Made by a program: the position numbers and the translations under genes. The notes beneath the pieces are model-generated. The model ran no database searches and was not told the origin of the DNA. It saw only the letters and a list, made by a program, of their open reading frames with translations. A DNA stretch of 64,000 bases from an uncultured delta proteobacterium (GTDB lineage Bacteria; Myxococcota_A; Polyangia; Haliangiales; Haliangiaceae), in contig CAVZFC010000035.1 in NCBI GenBank assembly GCA_963774445.1, forward strand, positions 261,470 to 325,469, written 5' to 3'. Below, in pieces: positions 37,260 to 48,783 of the stretch (the first letter of the stretch is position 1; each line of letters begins with the position of its first letter).

Positions 37260-37874
37260 GTGATCAAAGCGCTCGATGCTATCCTCGCCCGCATGGCCGC
37301 CGACCCCGAGCTCCAGCCACGCCCCCGCACGCACTTCGGCGCGCTGCGGGCGCGCCCGCGTCAGGCGCACGCGCTGACGCTGTCCAAGAGCGCCGAGCAT
37401 TTCACGCCGCCGTGGTTGCTCGACCGGGTGCGCCAGGTGATGGGTGCCATCGATCTCGACCCCTGCTCGTGCGCCGAGGCGCAGGCCACCGTTGGCGCTT
37501 CGCGCTGGTACGGCGAGGCCGACGACGGCCTGGCGCAGACGTGGGCGGGGCGCGTCTTCATCAATCCCCCCGGCGACCGCCGCGGCGCGCTGCCCAAGCG
37601 CTTCTGGTCCAAGCTGGTGGACGAGGTCGCCGCCGGCCGCGTCGTCGAGGTCACCTGGCTGGCCTTCAACCTGGCGCAGCTGCGGACGCTGCAGATCGAC
37701 AGCCGGCTCCTGCCCGAGTGCGACGTCTGCGTGCTGCGCGAGCGGATCCGCTTCACCGGCGACTCGCCGACCAAGGACAACGCCGTGCTCTACTGGGGCC
37801 CGGCGCGCGAGCGCTTCGCCGACGTGTTCGCCGACGTCGGCACGATCTGGCGCGGCCGGCCGGCGCCTCGCTAG
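37260..37874 (+). CDS. phage-type DNA N6-adenine methyltransferase (Dam, PF05869-like) with atypical NPPG motif
   Basis: HFTPPWLLDRV...IDLDPCS...VFINPPGDRRG. GTG start (alternative ATG at 37293). Family assignment is from memory. Confidence 0.5.
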   Translation: MIKALDAILARMAADPELQPRPRTHFGALRARPRQAHALTLSKSAEHFTPPWLLDRVRQVMGAIDLDPCSCAEAQATVGASRWYGEADDGLAQTWAGRVFINPPGDRRGALPKRFWSKLVDEVAAGRVVEVTWLAFNLAQLRTLQIDSRLLPECDVCVLRERIRFTGDSPTKDNAVLYWGPARERFADVFADVGTIWRGRPAPR

Positions 37875-37878
37875 GCGC

Positions 37879-39225
<1,347 letters not shown>

Positions 39226-39850
39226 GTCGTGGCGGTCGCCGGGGCTGCTGGCCAGGTCGACCGCGGCGCCGGCGTCGCGCAACCAGTTGGCGCTGGCCTC
39301 GACGTGCGCGGGGTCGACCCAGGGGTCGCCGTCGGCGGCGCCGAGCAATACGCGCAGGCCGGTGTGGCTGCCGGGGGTCGGCGGCGCCCACTCGTCGGGC
39401 GGGCCGATCCGCGCGCCGCACAGGGCGACCACGGCGGCGACGCGACCCGGGTTGCGCGCGACGAGCTCGAGGGCCAGGCAGGCGCCCTGGGAGAAGCCGG
39501 TGAGCACGGTCGACTGCGGCGGTGCGATCGCGGCCAGCGCGGTGAGCGCCGCGTCGACCCGGGCGAGGGCGGCCTCGACCTCGGCGTCGCGGCCCGCGCC
39601 CGGCGCGCCGTAGCGGGTGGCGTACCAGCGGTCGCTGTCGCTGCGCAGGCCGATGATCGCGGTGGTCGGATCGTGGCCGGCCAGCTCGCGCACACGGCGA
39701 ACCATGCCGCCGGCTTCGGCGCCGCGGCCGTGCAGGGCCACCACGATCCGCCGCGCGCTGGCCGGGTCCGGACCGGCGAGCAGCGCCAGCGGCTCGGGGC
39801 CGAGCGCGAGGCGACCGCCGGCGCCGGTGGGGCGCAACCCGTGCTGCGCG
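39226..39850 (-). CDS. phospholipase/carboxylesterase-family alpha/beta hydrolase (same open frame as hmgA)
   Basis: RRIVVALHGRGAEAGGM...LTGFSQGACLALEL. Boundaries are approximate. No stop codon on either side. Confidence 0.45.
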
Positions 39851-40852
39851 TCGGCGACGACGTCGGCCGACAGGTCGGGGCGCGAGCGGGTCAGCTCGGC
39901 CACGGCGTCGGCGCCGACGCCGAGCGCTTCCAGCGAGGTCGGCGCTCCGGCGCGGGTCAGTAGATCGTGGAGGTGCGGCTCGAGGTCGCGGCGTCCGACG
40001 GCCGCCTCGAGCTCGGCCAGCAGCGACGGCTGCTCGCTGCGAAGGTGGGCCAGCGTTTGCGGCAGGAGAATACTGTGCAGCGCGGCGTGGGGCAGGCCGA
40101 GGGCGCCGCCGAGCAGGTGCGCAAGGGCGTGGTGAACGCCCATCTTGCCCCGGTCGAGCAGCGCGCCGGCGCGCGACGCGGCGACCAGCGCCCGGTTGCG
40201 GGTGGCCAGATCGGCGGGCCAGAGCAGCAGGTCCTCGATCGCACGCACCAGCGCCGCCGCGGCGGCCAGCGCGGCCGCGCGATCCTCGCCCTCGAGCGAC
40301 GCGGTCGACAGCGCGCCGACGGGATGGGCGAAGGCGTTGAGCAGGCTCTGCACGCTGAGCGTGATCGGCAGGGTTGCGCTCAGCGCCGGGTCGTAGGCGA
40401 CCAGGTTCCGGACGGACGCGATCGGCGCGGCCGGTGACCTTGCGACCATCGCGGGTGACGCCGTGGATCGAGGTCATCTCCGAAGCCGAGTAGGTGGTCG
40501 GCACCGCGGCGAAGCGCAGGTCGTGGTCGAGGCAGAGCGCCTTGCCCAGGCCGGTGGCCGAGCCGCCGCCGACGGTGACGATCGTGTCGGCCTGTCCCAG
40601 GGCGGCGGCGGCGCGGTCGACCACGTCGCCCGGCACGTGCACCTGGGCGCCGTCGAAGACCGCGCTTTCGTATCGAGCCAGCGCCGCGAGCACGGCGTTG
40701 ACGTGGCGGCGCCCGGGTGCGCTGATGACCAGCAGTCGGCGCGTCCCCAGCTCGCCCAGCCGTGTGGCCAGGCGCGGCAGCGCGTCGGCGCCGTCGATGA
40801 TCTCGACCGGCTCGCGATCGTGTGAGTCGACGCTGCTCATCGTCACGATCAT
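39851..40852 (-). CDS. iron-containing alcohol dehydrogenase family (maleylacetate reductase-like), frameshifted near 40410
   Basis: The N-terminal half (MIVTMSSVDSHD...TIVTVGGGSATGLGKA...GRKVTG) is in one frame. The C-terminal half (NLVAYDPAL...GVHHALAHLLGG) is in another. The 3' boundary is approximate. Confidence 0.5.
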
Positions 40853-41034
40853 TGTAAGCCTGCCGCAACGCTTGCTGGGAGCTGGCGGGTGCCCCTGGGG
40901 CAACGACGGCGCCGATGCCCGTGGCGCGTTGCCGACACTCGACCTCGACGGCGACCCGAATTCGTAGTCGTGTCGCGGCAAAGGGCGCGTTTCCGGCTTC
41001 CAGTCGCACTTCTGCCGCCGCCGTGGTAGAAAGC

Positions 41035-41319
41035 ATGGTGAGCCTCGCCCGTTCCGCCGGTGAAATCGTCGCTGAGCTGTCGCAGCGCTGGGTTGAAAAC
41101 CTGGCCACGCAGCTCACCACCGAGGGGCGTCGGCTCGAAGGTGGTTGGCCCGGCACGTTATCCGACGCGCGTCAACTCCTGACCACCCGGTTGTCCACGC
41201 CACCGACGGAGCTGCCAAGGTCGGAGTTCGAGCGGCTGGCCAAGGAAATCTACGCCACGGCCAAGAGCCAGTGGCTGCAGGTCGCCTCGCGCTGTCCGTC
41301 GCCGCCGCCCGACGAGTGA
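41035..41319 (+). CDS. small hypothetical protein
   Basis: Internal ATG of ORF 40915..41319. No signature. Confidence 0.25.
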   Translation: MVSLARSAGEIVAELSQRWVENLATQLTTEGRRLEGGWPGTLSDARQLLTTRLSTPPTELPRSEFERLAKEIYATAKSQWLQVASRCPSPPPDE

Positions 41320-41335
41320 GCCGCGGATCCGCGGG

Positions 41336-41566
41336 TCAGCCCGCCGGTCGCTCTTCGACGCACTCGGCCCGGCGGTGCCGCGCCGTGGGCACGTGCTTCT
41401 CCCAGCACGCCGTCGAGCAGAACCTGAGCTTCATCCGCCCGGAATTGCACGACGATACCGAGCAGCGAAAGTATCGGGTTCCGGGCGCGATCGGCGCACG
41501 GCAGGTCGAGCATATCAAGCTTGACGTGGCCACTTTTCGCCCGCTTTCGAAGGTTGAATCTACCAT
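41336..41566 (-). CDS. small TRASH/zinc-ribbon-like protein
   Basis: CSTC...C...FCSTAC pattern. 76 aa. Confidence 0.45.
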   Translation of the reverse strand: MVDSTFESGRKVATSSLICSTCRAPIAPGTRYFRCSVSSCNSGRMKLRFCSTACWEKHVPTARHRRAECVEERPAG

Positions 41567-41624
41567 TGCGTCTCCCGCGGTCGCGAATTTTGTACGCCTG
41601 AAAACCGGATGATATTCTGCGCAC

Positions 41625-42731
41625 ATGCGGCTCGGGACGTGCGTTGCGTTCGAGCTCGTGGTCGGGATCGGTACCGCCGCGGGGATCGCCACCGGTGCGT
41701 GGTTCGGCGGCGACTATCTGCGCGACACGCTGCAGCGGGAGGCGGAGGCGGCCAGCCTGCGCCGCGCCGAGGCGGCGTCGCTCGAAGCCGGCGTGCCCGG
41801 TCGGATCCATCCGCTCGAGCGGCCGCACGTCTTCGTCCGCCGCCCCCCCGCGCCGGGCATGTTCGAGGGCGTACGCGACGAGCTGCTGCTGGCACCGCTG
41901 CGCGAGAGCGCGATCAAGCGGGTCAAGTTCAACCACGGCGGCTCGTCGATCTCGCTGCGCATCGAGCTCGAGAACGGCGCCATGGCGGCGTTCAAGCCGG
42001 AGCAGACCAACTACCAGACGATTCCGCGCCGCGAGATCGCGGCGTTTCGAATCAACCGGCTGGTCGGGCTGTCAACGGTGGCCCCGGCGTTGGGCCGGGC
42101 TTTCCTGGAGAGCGACCTCCTCGGGGCGCTGACGCCGTCGAGTGTAGGATACGCACCCCGACTGCGGACCGAGATGATCGAGGATTCCCGCGGTTACGTC
42201 GCCGGTGAGATGTCGTGGTGGATTCCCGTCATCACCCAGGCGAAGATCGGTGGGTATCCCATCGACGGGGTCAACGGCATCGTGACCTGGAAGCGCCTCC
42301 TGACCGTGGGCCGGGAGATACCGCCCGAGGACTACGCGATGGCGCGGCAGATCAGCAACATGGTGCTCTTCGATCATCTGATCAACAATTCGGATCGGTG
42401 GAGCGGGGGCAACGCCCGCGCGTCGGCCGATGGTGAGCGTTTCTACTTCATGGATAACACGCTGTCGTTCGGACTCAGCGACGAGGGCCACGAGCGAACC
42501 GTGACCTACTTGATGCGGTCGCAAAAGTTCTCCCGCCACATGGTCCAGCGCCTGCGCGAGCTGAGCTTCGACGAGGTCAAGCAAGCGCTGTCCGAGGATC
42601 TGGGGCCGTACGACTACCTGCTCTCGGACGAAGAGATCCGATCGATGCTCGCGCGCCGCGACTTTGCGCTGGCCTACATCGACGAGCTCATCAAGCTGCA
42701 CGGCAAAGCCGCCGTGCTCGCGTTCCCGTGA
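41625..42731 (+). CDS. membrane-anchored atypical kinase-like protein (Fam20/four-jointed-like catalytic-loop motif)
   Basis: N-terminal TM segment. FDHLINNSDRWSGGN resembles the xDRHxxN catalytic loop of atypical kinases. Confidence 0.4.
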   Translation: MRLGTCVAFELVVGIGTAAGIATGAWFGGDYLRDTLQREAEAASLRRAEAASLEAGVPGRIHPLERPHVFVRRPPAPGMFEGVRDELLLAPLRESAIKRVKFNHGGSSISLRIELENGAMAAFKPEQTNYQTIPRREIAAFRINRLVGLSTVAPALGRAFLESDLLGALTPSSVGYAPRLRTEMIEDSRGYVAGEMSWWIPVITQAKIGGYPIDGVNGIVTWKRLLTVGREIPPEDYAMARQISNMVLFDHLINNSDRWSGGNARASADGERFYFMDNTLSFGLSDEGHERTVTYLMRSQKFSRHMVQRLRELSFDEVKQALSEDLGPYDYLLSDEEIRSMLARRDFALAYIDELIKLHGKAAVLAFP

Positions 42732-43996
42732 TGGAATCCATCTGCCCTACCTGCCAGTCAGTCATCGACCCGACCCGCGCGTCGGTCGCGCGGATTCGCG
42801 GTGCGCGCGTGGTCACCTTCTGCTCGGCGGAGTGCGCCGAGGGGCGGCCGGCGGTCGAGCCCGAGCCCGCGCCAAAAGCCAAAGCCAAGGCCAAGCCGGC
42901 CGCGCCGTCGGCGAAAGCGGTCGTCGCGCAGCCTGCCAAGACGGCCGCCGCGCCCGCGCGCGTTGCCCCGCCGCCCGCGGCAGACGTGGTCGACGCGACG
43001 CCGGCTCGGCGCCGGCGCAGCCGCGGCGTCATCGCCGGCGCCGGAGCGCTGCTCCTGGTCGGCGTCGGCGTGGTCGGATTCGCCGCCTGGCCGCGGGCCC
43101 CCGCGGTCGGCGCCGAGGCGGCTTCGACCGCGGGTAACTCGGCGCCGCCGCCGCCGGCTGCTTCCGCCTCCGCCGCCGCCCCGGGCGCCGCCGCCGACAA
43201 AGCGGAGCCGGAGATCGATCCCAAGCGTCTCTACGACCGAGCGCTCGGCGAGCTGCGCCAGCTGATGGCGTCGCCGTCGCCGCGCGTGCAGCGGATTGCA
43301 GCCACCGCGCTGTCGCGCGTCTCCGAGCCGCACGCGCTGGAGCTCCTGCGCAAGCTCTTGAAGACCGAGCCCAGCCCGCTGGTCCAGGTACAGATCGCCT
43401 ACGCCCTGGCCCGCGCCGGTGACGACAGCGGTCGCGCGGCCCTGGTGGACGAGCTTCACTCGCACCAGCGCGACGTCAAGCTCGACGCTGCCAAGTCGCT
43501 GGTGCAGCTGGGCGACGACGCCGGGGCCTCGCAGCTGCGCGGCATGATGGGCTACCGCCACTATCAGATCGGCGCCGCCGGCCTGCTCGCCCGGTTGGGC
43601 GACGACGACGGCTTCAAGGCCCTGCGCAAGGCCCGCTCGGGCGACCACGCCACCACCGAGATCAAGATGCGCGCCGCGGTCGAGCTGGCCCTGGCCGGCG
43701 ATCACTCGGTGCGCGATGAGCTGGTGTCGATCCTCGAGGACGGCCGCTATCAAGTCGGCGCCGCCCAGGCACTGGCTGCGCTGGGCGATCGCATCGCCGT
43801 GCCGCAGCTGGCCAGGCAGCTCGACATCGACGCCTTCCGCGTGCCCGCCGCCCTCGCGTTGCGCCGACTGGGCGCCGAGGTCGACCTGGCGCCGCTGGCG
43901 GCGGCGCTCCACACCAAGAACGACGTCGTTCGCGTCACCGCGGGCGAGGCGATCCTGGTGCTGTGCGGCCCGGCCGAGCTGGCGGAGCGCGACTGA
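42728..43996 (+). CDS. zinc-ribbon (TRASH-like) plus TM plus HEAT/PBS-lyase repeat protein
   Basis: CPTCQS...FCSAEC. TM segment. Repeated ...ALA..GD motifs. Confidence 0.55.
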   Translation: MMESICPTCQSVIDPTRASVARIRGARVVTFCSAECAEGRPAVEPEPAPKAKAKAKPAAPSAKAVVAQPAKTAAAPARVAPPPAADVVDATPARRRRSRGVIAGAGALLLVGVGVVGFAAWPRAPAVGAEAASTAGNSAPPPPAASASAAAPGAAADKAEPEIDPKRLYDRALGELRQLMASPSPRVQRIAATALSRVSEPHALELLRKLLKTEPSPLVQVQIAYALARAGDDSGRAALVDELHSHQRDVKLDAAKSLVQLGDDAGASQLRGMMGYRHYQIGAAGLLARLGDDDGFKALRKARSGDHATTEIKMRAAVELALAGDHSVRDELVSILEDGRYQVGAAQALAALGDRIAVPQLARQLDIDAFRVPAALALRRLGAEVDLAPLAAALHTKNDVVRVTAGEAILVLCGPAELAERD

Positions 43997-45246
43997 TGGC
44001 GAAAGACCTTCGCCTCTTCTATCTCTACCGCCTGCTGGCCACCTCCTATCTGTGGCAGCCGGTCTTCGTCTTCTTCATGATCGAGCGCGGCCTCGCCTTC
44101 GACGAAGTGATGCTGCTGTCGGTCGTCTACAGCGCCATCGTCGTCCTCGTCGAGGTGCCGACCGGGGCGTTCGCCGATCGCATCGGCCGCCGGCAGTCGA
44201 TGATGCTGGGCGCGCTGGCGATGACCGCGTCGTGTCTGTTCGGCTACGGCGCCCACGGCTTCGGCATGTTCCTGGTGTCGCAGTCGCTGGGCGGCATGTC
44301 GATGGCGCTCTGCTCGGGCGCAGACTCGGCCTACCTGTTCGATCTCTTGCAGGAGAACGGCCGCATCCACGAGTACCCGCGCCGCGAGAGCCACGCATCG
44401 GCGTGGCACATGGCCGGCAACGTGGCCGCTTGCCTGGCCGGCGGCCTGTTGGCCACGGTCGATCTGGGGCTGCCGTACCTGATCAATGCCGGTACCGCGG
44501 CGGTCGCGTTCGTGGTTGCCCTGCTGATGCGCGCCGAGGGCCGCCGCGAATCGCGCCCGCGCGAGCCGCTGGCCGTCGAGCTCAAGGCGCACTTCAACCT
44601 GATGCGCCAGTCGCTGTCGGACGCCACCGGCAACAAGCGGCTGGCGTGGATCATCTTCTACTCGGCGGTGGTGTTCGCGCTGGTCCGCGTCACCGTCTAC
44701 CTCTATCAGCCGTACCTGGTGGCCCACGGCTTCAACTACTGGCAGACCGGCATGGTCTACGCCGGGGTCTTCGCCATCGGCGCGATCTTCGCGCTGCGCT
44801 ACGAGGCGCTGCGCGCGTGGCTGGGCGAGGGCGTCCTGGTCTGGGGCCTGCTGGCGACCCTGGCGATCAGCTTCCTGCTCCTCAACAGCATCGCCGGGCC
44901 GTGGGCGCTGGCCATGCTGGCGGTGCAGGGGGCGACCAAGGGGCTCTACTCGCCGCTGGTCAAGCCGATCATCAACCGCGAGATCACCGACTCGTCGCGC
45001 CGGGCCACGGTGCTGTCGGTCGAGAGCATCGCCCGGCGCACGGCCACCGGCGTGGTCTCGCTGGTGGCGGCCGCCTACGGCGCCTACTCGGCCATCTACT
45101 GGTGCGGCGCCCTGGGCGTGGCCGGCTTTGCCGTGTTGGCGCTGGCCAGCCGCTGGCAGCCGACGCGCGGCCCTGCCGTCCAGATCGGCCCGCTGCGGCC
45201 GGCGCCCGAGGTGGCGCCGCCGCCGGTGGAAGCACGTCTCGATTGA
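43996..45246 (+). CDS. MFS transporter
   Basis: 12 TM segments. GAFADRIGRR is the MFS signature. Confidence 0.8.
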   Translation: MAKDLRLFYLYRLLATSYLWQPVFVFFMIERGLAFDEVMLLSVVYSAIVVLVEVPTGAFADRIGRRQSMMLGALAMTASCLFGYGAHGFGMFLVSQSLGGMSMALCSGADSAYLFDLLQENGRIHEYPRRESHASAWHMAGNVAACLAGGLLATVDLGLPYLINAGTAAVAFVVALLMRAEGRRESRPREPLAVELKAHFNLMRQSLSDATGNKRLAWIIFYSAVVFALVRVTVYLYQPYLVAHGFNYWQTGMVYAGVFAIGAIFALRYEALRAWLGEGVLVWGLLATLAISFLLLNSIAGPWALAMLAVQGATKGLYSPLVKPIINREITDSSRRATVLSVESIARRTATGVVSLVAAAYGAYSAIYWCGALGVAGFAVLALASRWQPTRGPAVQIGPLRPAPEVAPPPVEARLD

Positions 45247-45279
45247 CAGCCCGGGGGGCGGGCGCCAGACTGCACCGCC

Positions 45280-46635
<1,356 letters not shown>

Positions 46636-46673
46636 CGCGCGCCGCGGTCAGAGCCGCGCGCTAGGGTCGAAAG

Positions 46674-48395
46674 ATGGACGCGGCGGCTCGGCTGATGCTG
46701 GGGCAGTGGTTCACGCCGCCGGAGGTGGCGCGGCTGGCGCTGGCGCTGGTGGGGACGCGCGGGCGGCTGCTCGATCCGGCCTGCGGAGACGGGGCGTTTC
46801 TGGCGGCGGCGCGGCAGGCGGGGGTGGCGGCCGAGCGGCTGTTTGGGGTCGAGCTGGATCCCGCGGCGGCGGAGGCGTGCGCGGCGCGGGTGCCGGGGGC
46901 GCGGATCGAGCGCGGCGATCTGTTCGCGGTCGCGGCCGACGGGGAGGGGTTCGATGTCGTCGTCGGCAACCCGCCGTACGTGCGCACCGAGCGGATGAGC
47001 GCGGCGCAGAAGCAGCGCGTGCGCGCGCGGCTGGCCGACGACTGGCCGGACGCGCCGCCGCACCTGATCGATCGGCTGGTCGGGCGCGGCGATCTGGCGG
47101 CGGCGTGCGTCTTGCGCGCGCTGCGGCTGGCGCGGCCGGGTGCGCGGATCGCGCTGGTGCTGTCGTCGGCGCTGCTTCATGCCGATCACGCGGCGCCGCT
47201 TTGGGAGCTGGTCGGCCGCCACGGCTGCGTGCGCGCGCTGGTCGACGCACCGGCCGAGCGCTGGTTCGCCGACGCGGCGGTCAACGCGCTGATCGTGGTG
47301 ATCGAGCGGGGCGGCGAGCCGGCCCCGGTGCGGGTCGCCCGGCTGCGCGTGCCAACGGCGGTCGCCGCCGACCGGGTGCGCGGCGACGGTGATCTCGACG
47401 CCGTCGCCGATGTTCGCCTGGTGCCTGCCGATCGCCCGGCGCGCTGGGCCGCGGCGCTGCGCGCGGAAGCGGCCTGGTTCGAGCTGGAGCGCGTCGCGGG
47501 TCCGGCGCTGGTGCCGCTGGGCGAGCTGGCCACGGTTCGCCGCGGCATCACGAGTGGCGCCAACGAGGTCTTCTATCTCTCCCGCGATCGCGCCCGCGCG
47601 CTGGGGATCGAGCCGGCGCTGCTGATGCCGCTGGTGCGGGTGCCACGCGAGCGCGCCGACGCCGCCATCGCCGTCGACCCGGACACCACCAGCCACGTGG
47701 TCCTGGCGGCGCCGGCAGATCCGGAGGCGCTGGCCCGCCATCCGGGCGCCGCGCGCTGGCTCGAGGCCAATGCGGCTGCCGCCGTCCGCACCATGCTGCG
47801 CGCTCGCTCGCCCTGGTGGGCGCTGTCGATCGAGCCGGCGCGGCTGTTTCTGGCCAAGGCGTACGCCGCGCGCTTCGTCCAGCGCCTGGCGCCGCGACCG
47901 ATCGCCTGCGATCAGCGGGTCTACGCCGTGGACCCCAGGCCGGGCACGGACGTCGAGCTCCTGGCCGCGGTGCTCGACTCGACCTTCACCGCGCTGGCGA
48001 TCGAATCGCTGGGCCGCGCGTCGATGGGGCAGGGGGCCCTCGAGCAGACGGTCTCCCAGGCGGCGGCGCTGCCGGTGATCGATCCGCGCCGCCTGGACGA
48101 GGCCGGAGCCCGCGCCGCCCGCGCCGCGCTCGACGCCATGGCCACCCGCCCGATCGGCACGGTCGCGGCCGAGCGCAGCGCCGCCGATCGCGGGCGTCTC
48201 GATCGCGCCGTCGCCGCCGCCGCCCCCGGCGCCGCCGCGCTGCTCGGCGCCGTTCACGACGCCCTCGTCGCCTCCGTCGCGCGCCGTCACCAGCGGGCGC
48301 GATCGGTTACTTCTTCTTCGACGACCGCTTCTTGTGATGGTGCCGGTGGTGGTGCTTTCGCCGGCCCTTGCCCAGCTTCAGCACCTCGACGGTAG
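46674..48395 (+). CDS. N6-adenine DNA methyltransferase (gamma-class, TaqI/Eco57I-like), apparently orphan
   Basis: WFTPPEVARL, LLDPACGDGAFL and VVGNPPYV motifs. The C-terminal 300 aa is a putative target-recognition domain. Confidence 0.75.
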   Translation: MDAAARLMLGQWFTPPEVARLALALVGTRGRLLDPACGDGAFLAAARQAGVAAERLFGVELDPAAAEACAARVPGARIERGDLFAVAADGEGFDVVVGNPPYVRTERMSAAQKQRVRARLADDWPDAPPHLIDRLVGRGDLAAACVLRALRLARPGARIALVLSSALLHADHAAPLWELVGRHGCVRALVDAPAERWFADAAVNALIVVIERGGEPAPVRVARLRVPTAVAADRVRGDGDLDAVADVRLVPADRPARWAAALRAEAAWFELERVAGPALVPLGELATVRRGITSGANEVFYLSRDRARALGIEPALLMPLVRVPRERADAAIAVDPDTTSHVVLAAPADPEALARHPGAARWLEANAAAAVRTMLRARSPWWALSIEPARLFLAKAYAARFVQRLAPRPIACDQRVYAVDPRPGTDVELLAAVLDSTFTALAIESLGRASMGQGALEQTVSQAAALPVIDPRRLDEAGARAARAALDAMATRPIGTVAAERSAADRGRLDRAVAAAAPGAAALLGAVHDALVASVARRHQRARSVTSSSTTASCDGAGGGAFAGPCPASAPRR

Positions 48396-48783
48396 CCGGC
48401 ACCACGCCGGCGTCGATCATCTTCAGCCGCCTGGCCGCCGCCTCGGAGACGTCGATGATCCGGCCCTTGCCGTACGGCCCGCGGTTGTTGATCCGCAGGG
48501 TCACCGAGCGGTGGTTCTTCAGGTTGGTGACCTTGACGATGGTGCCGAACGGCAGGGTCCGGTGCGCCGCGGTCATCGAGTGCTTGTCGAAGATCTCGCC
48601 CGACGCGGTCTGGTGGCCGTGGAACTTGCCGCCGTACCAGGTCGCCTTGCCCCGCTGAACGCTGCCAACGGCGTGATGACCCTTCGCGTGGGCGGTCTGC
48701 TTGCCGGCCGCGGCGGTGCCGCCGCAACCGGTGACCACCAAGCCCAGCGCCGTCAGGCCGATCGCGAGCGGCCGCGCCCTCAC
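48307..48783 (-). CDS. RlpA-like (DPBB) lipoprotein with His/Lys-rich tail
   Basis: GTG start. Lipobox LVVTGCGG. ATWYGGKFHGHQTASGE. C-terminal HHHRHHHKKRSSKKK. Confidence 0.65.
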   Translation of the reverse strand: MRARPLAIGLTALGLVVTGCGGTAAAGKQTAHAKGHHAVGSVQRGKATWYGGKFHGHQTASGEIFDKHSMTAAHRTLPFGTIVKVTNLKNHRSVTLRINNRGPYGKGRIIDVSEAAARRLKMIDAGVVPATVEVLKLGKGRRKHHHRHHHKKRSSKKK

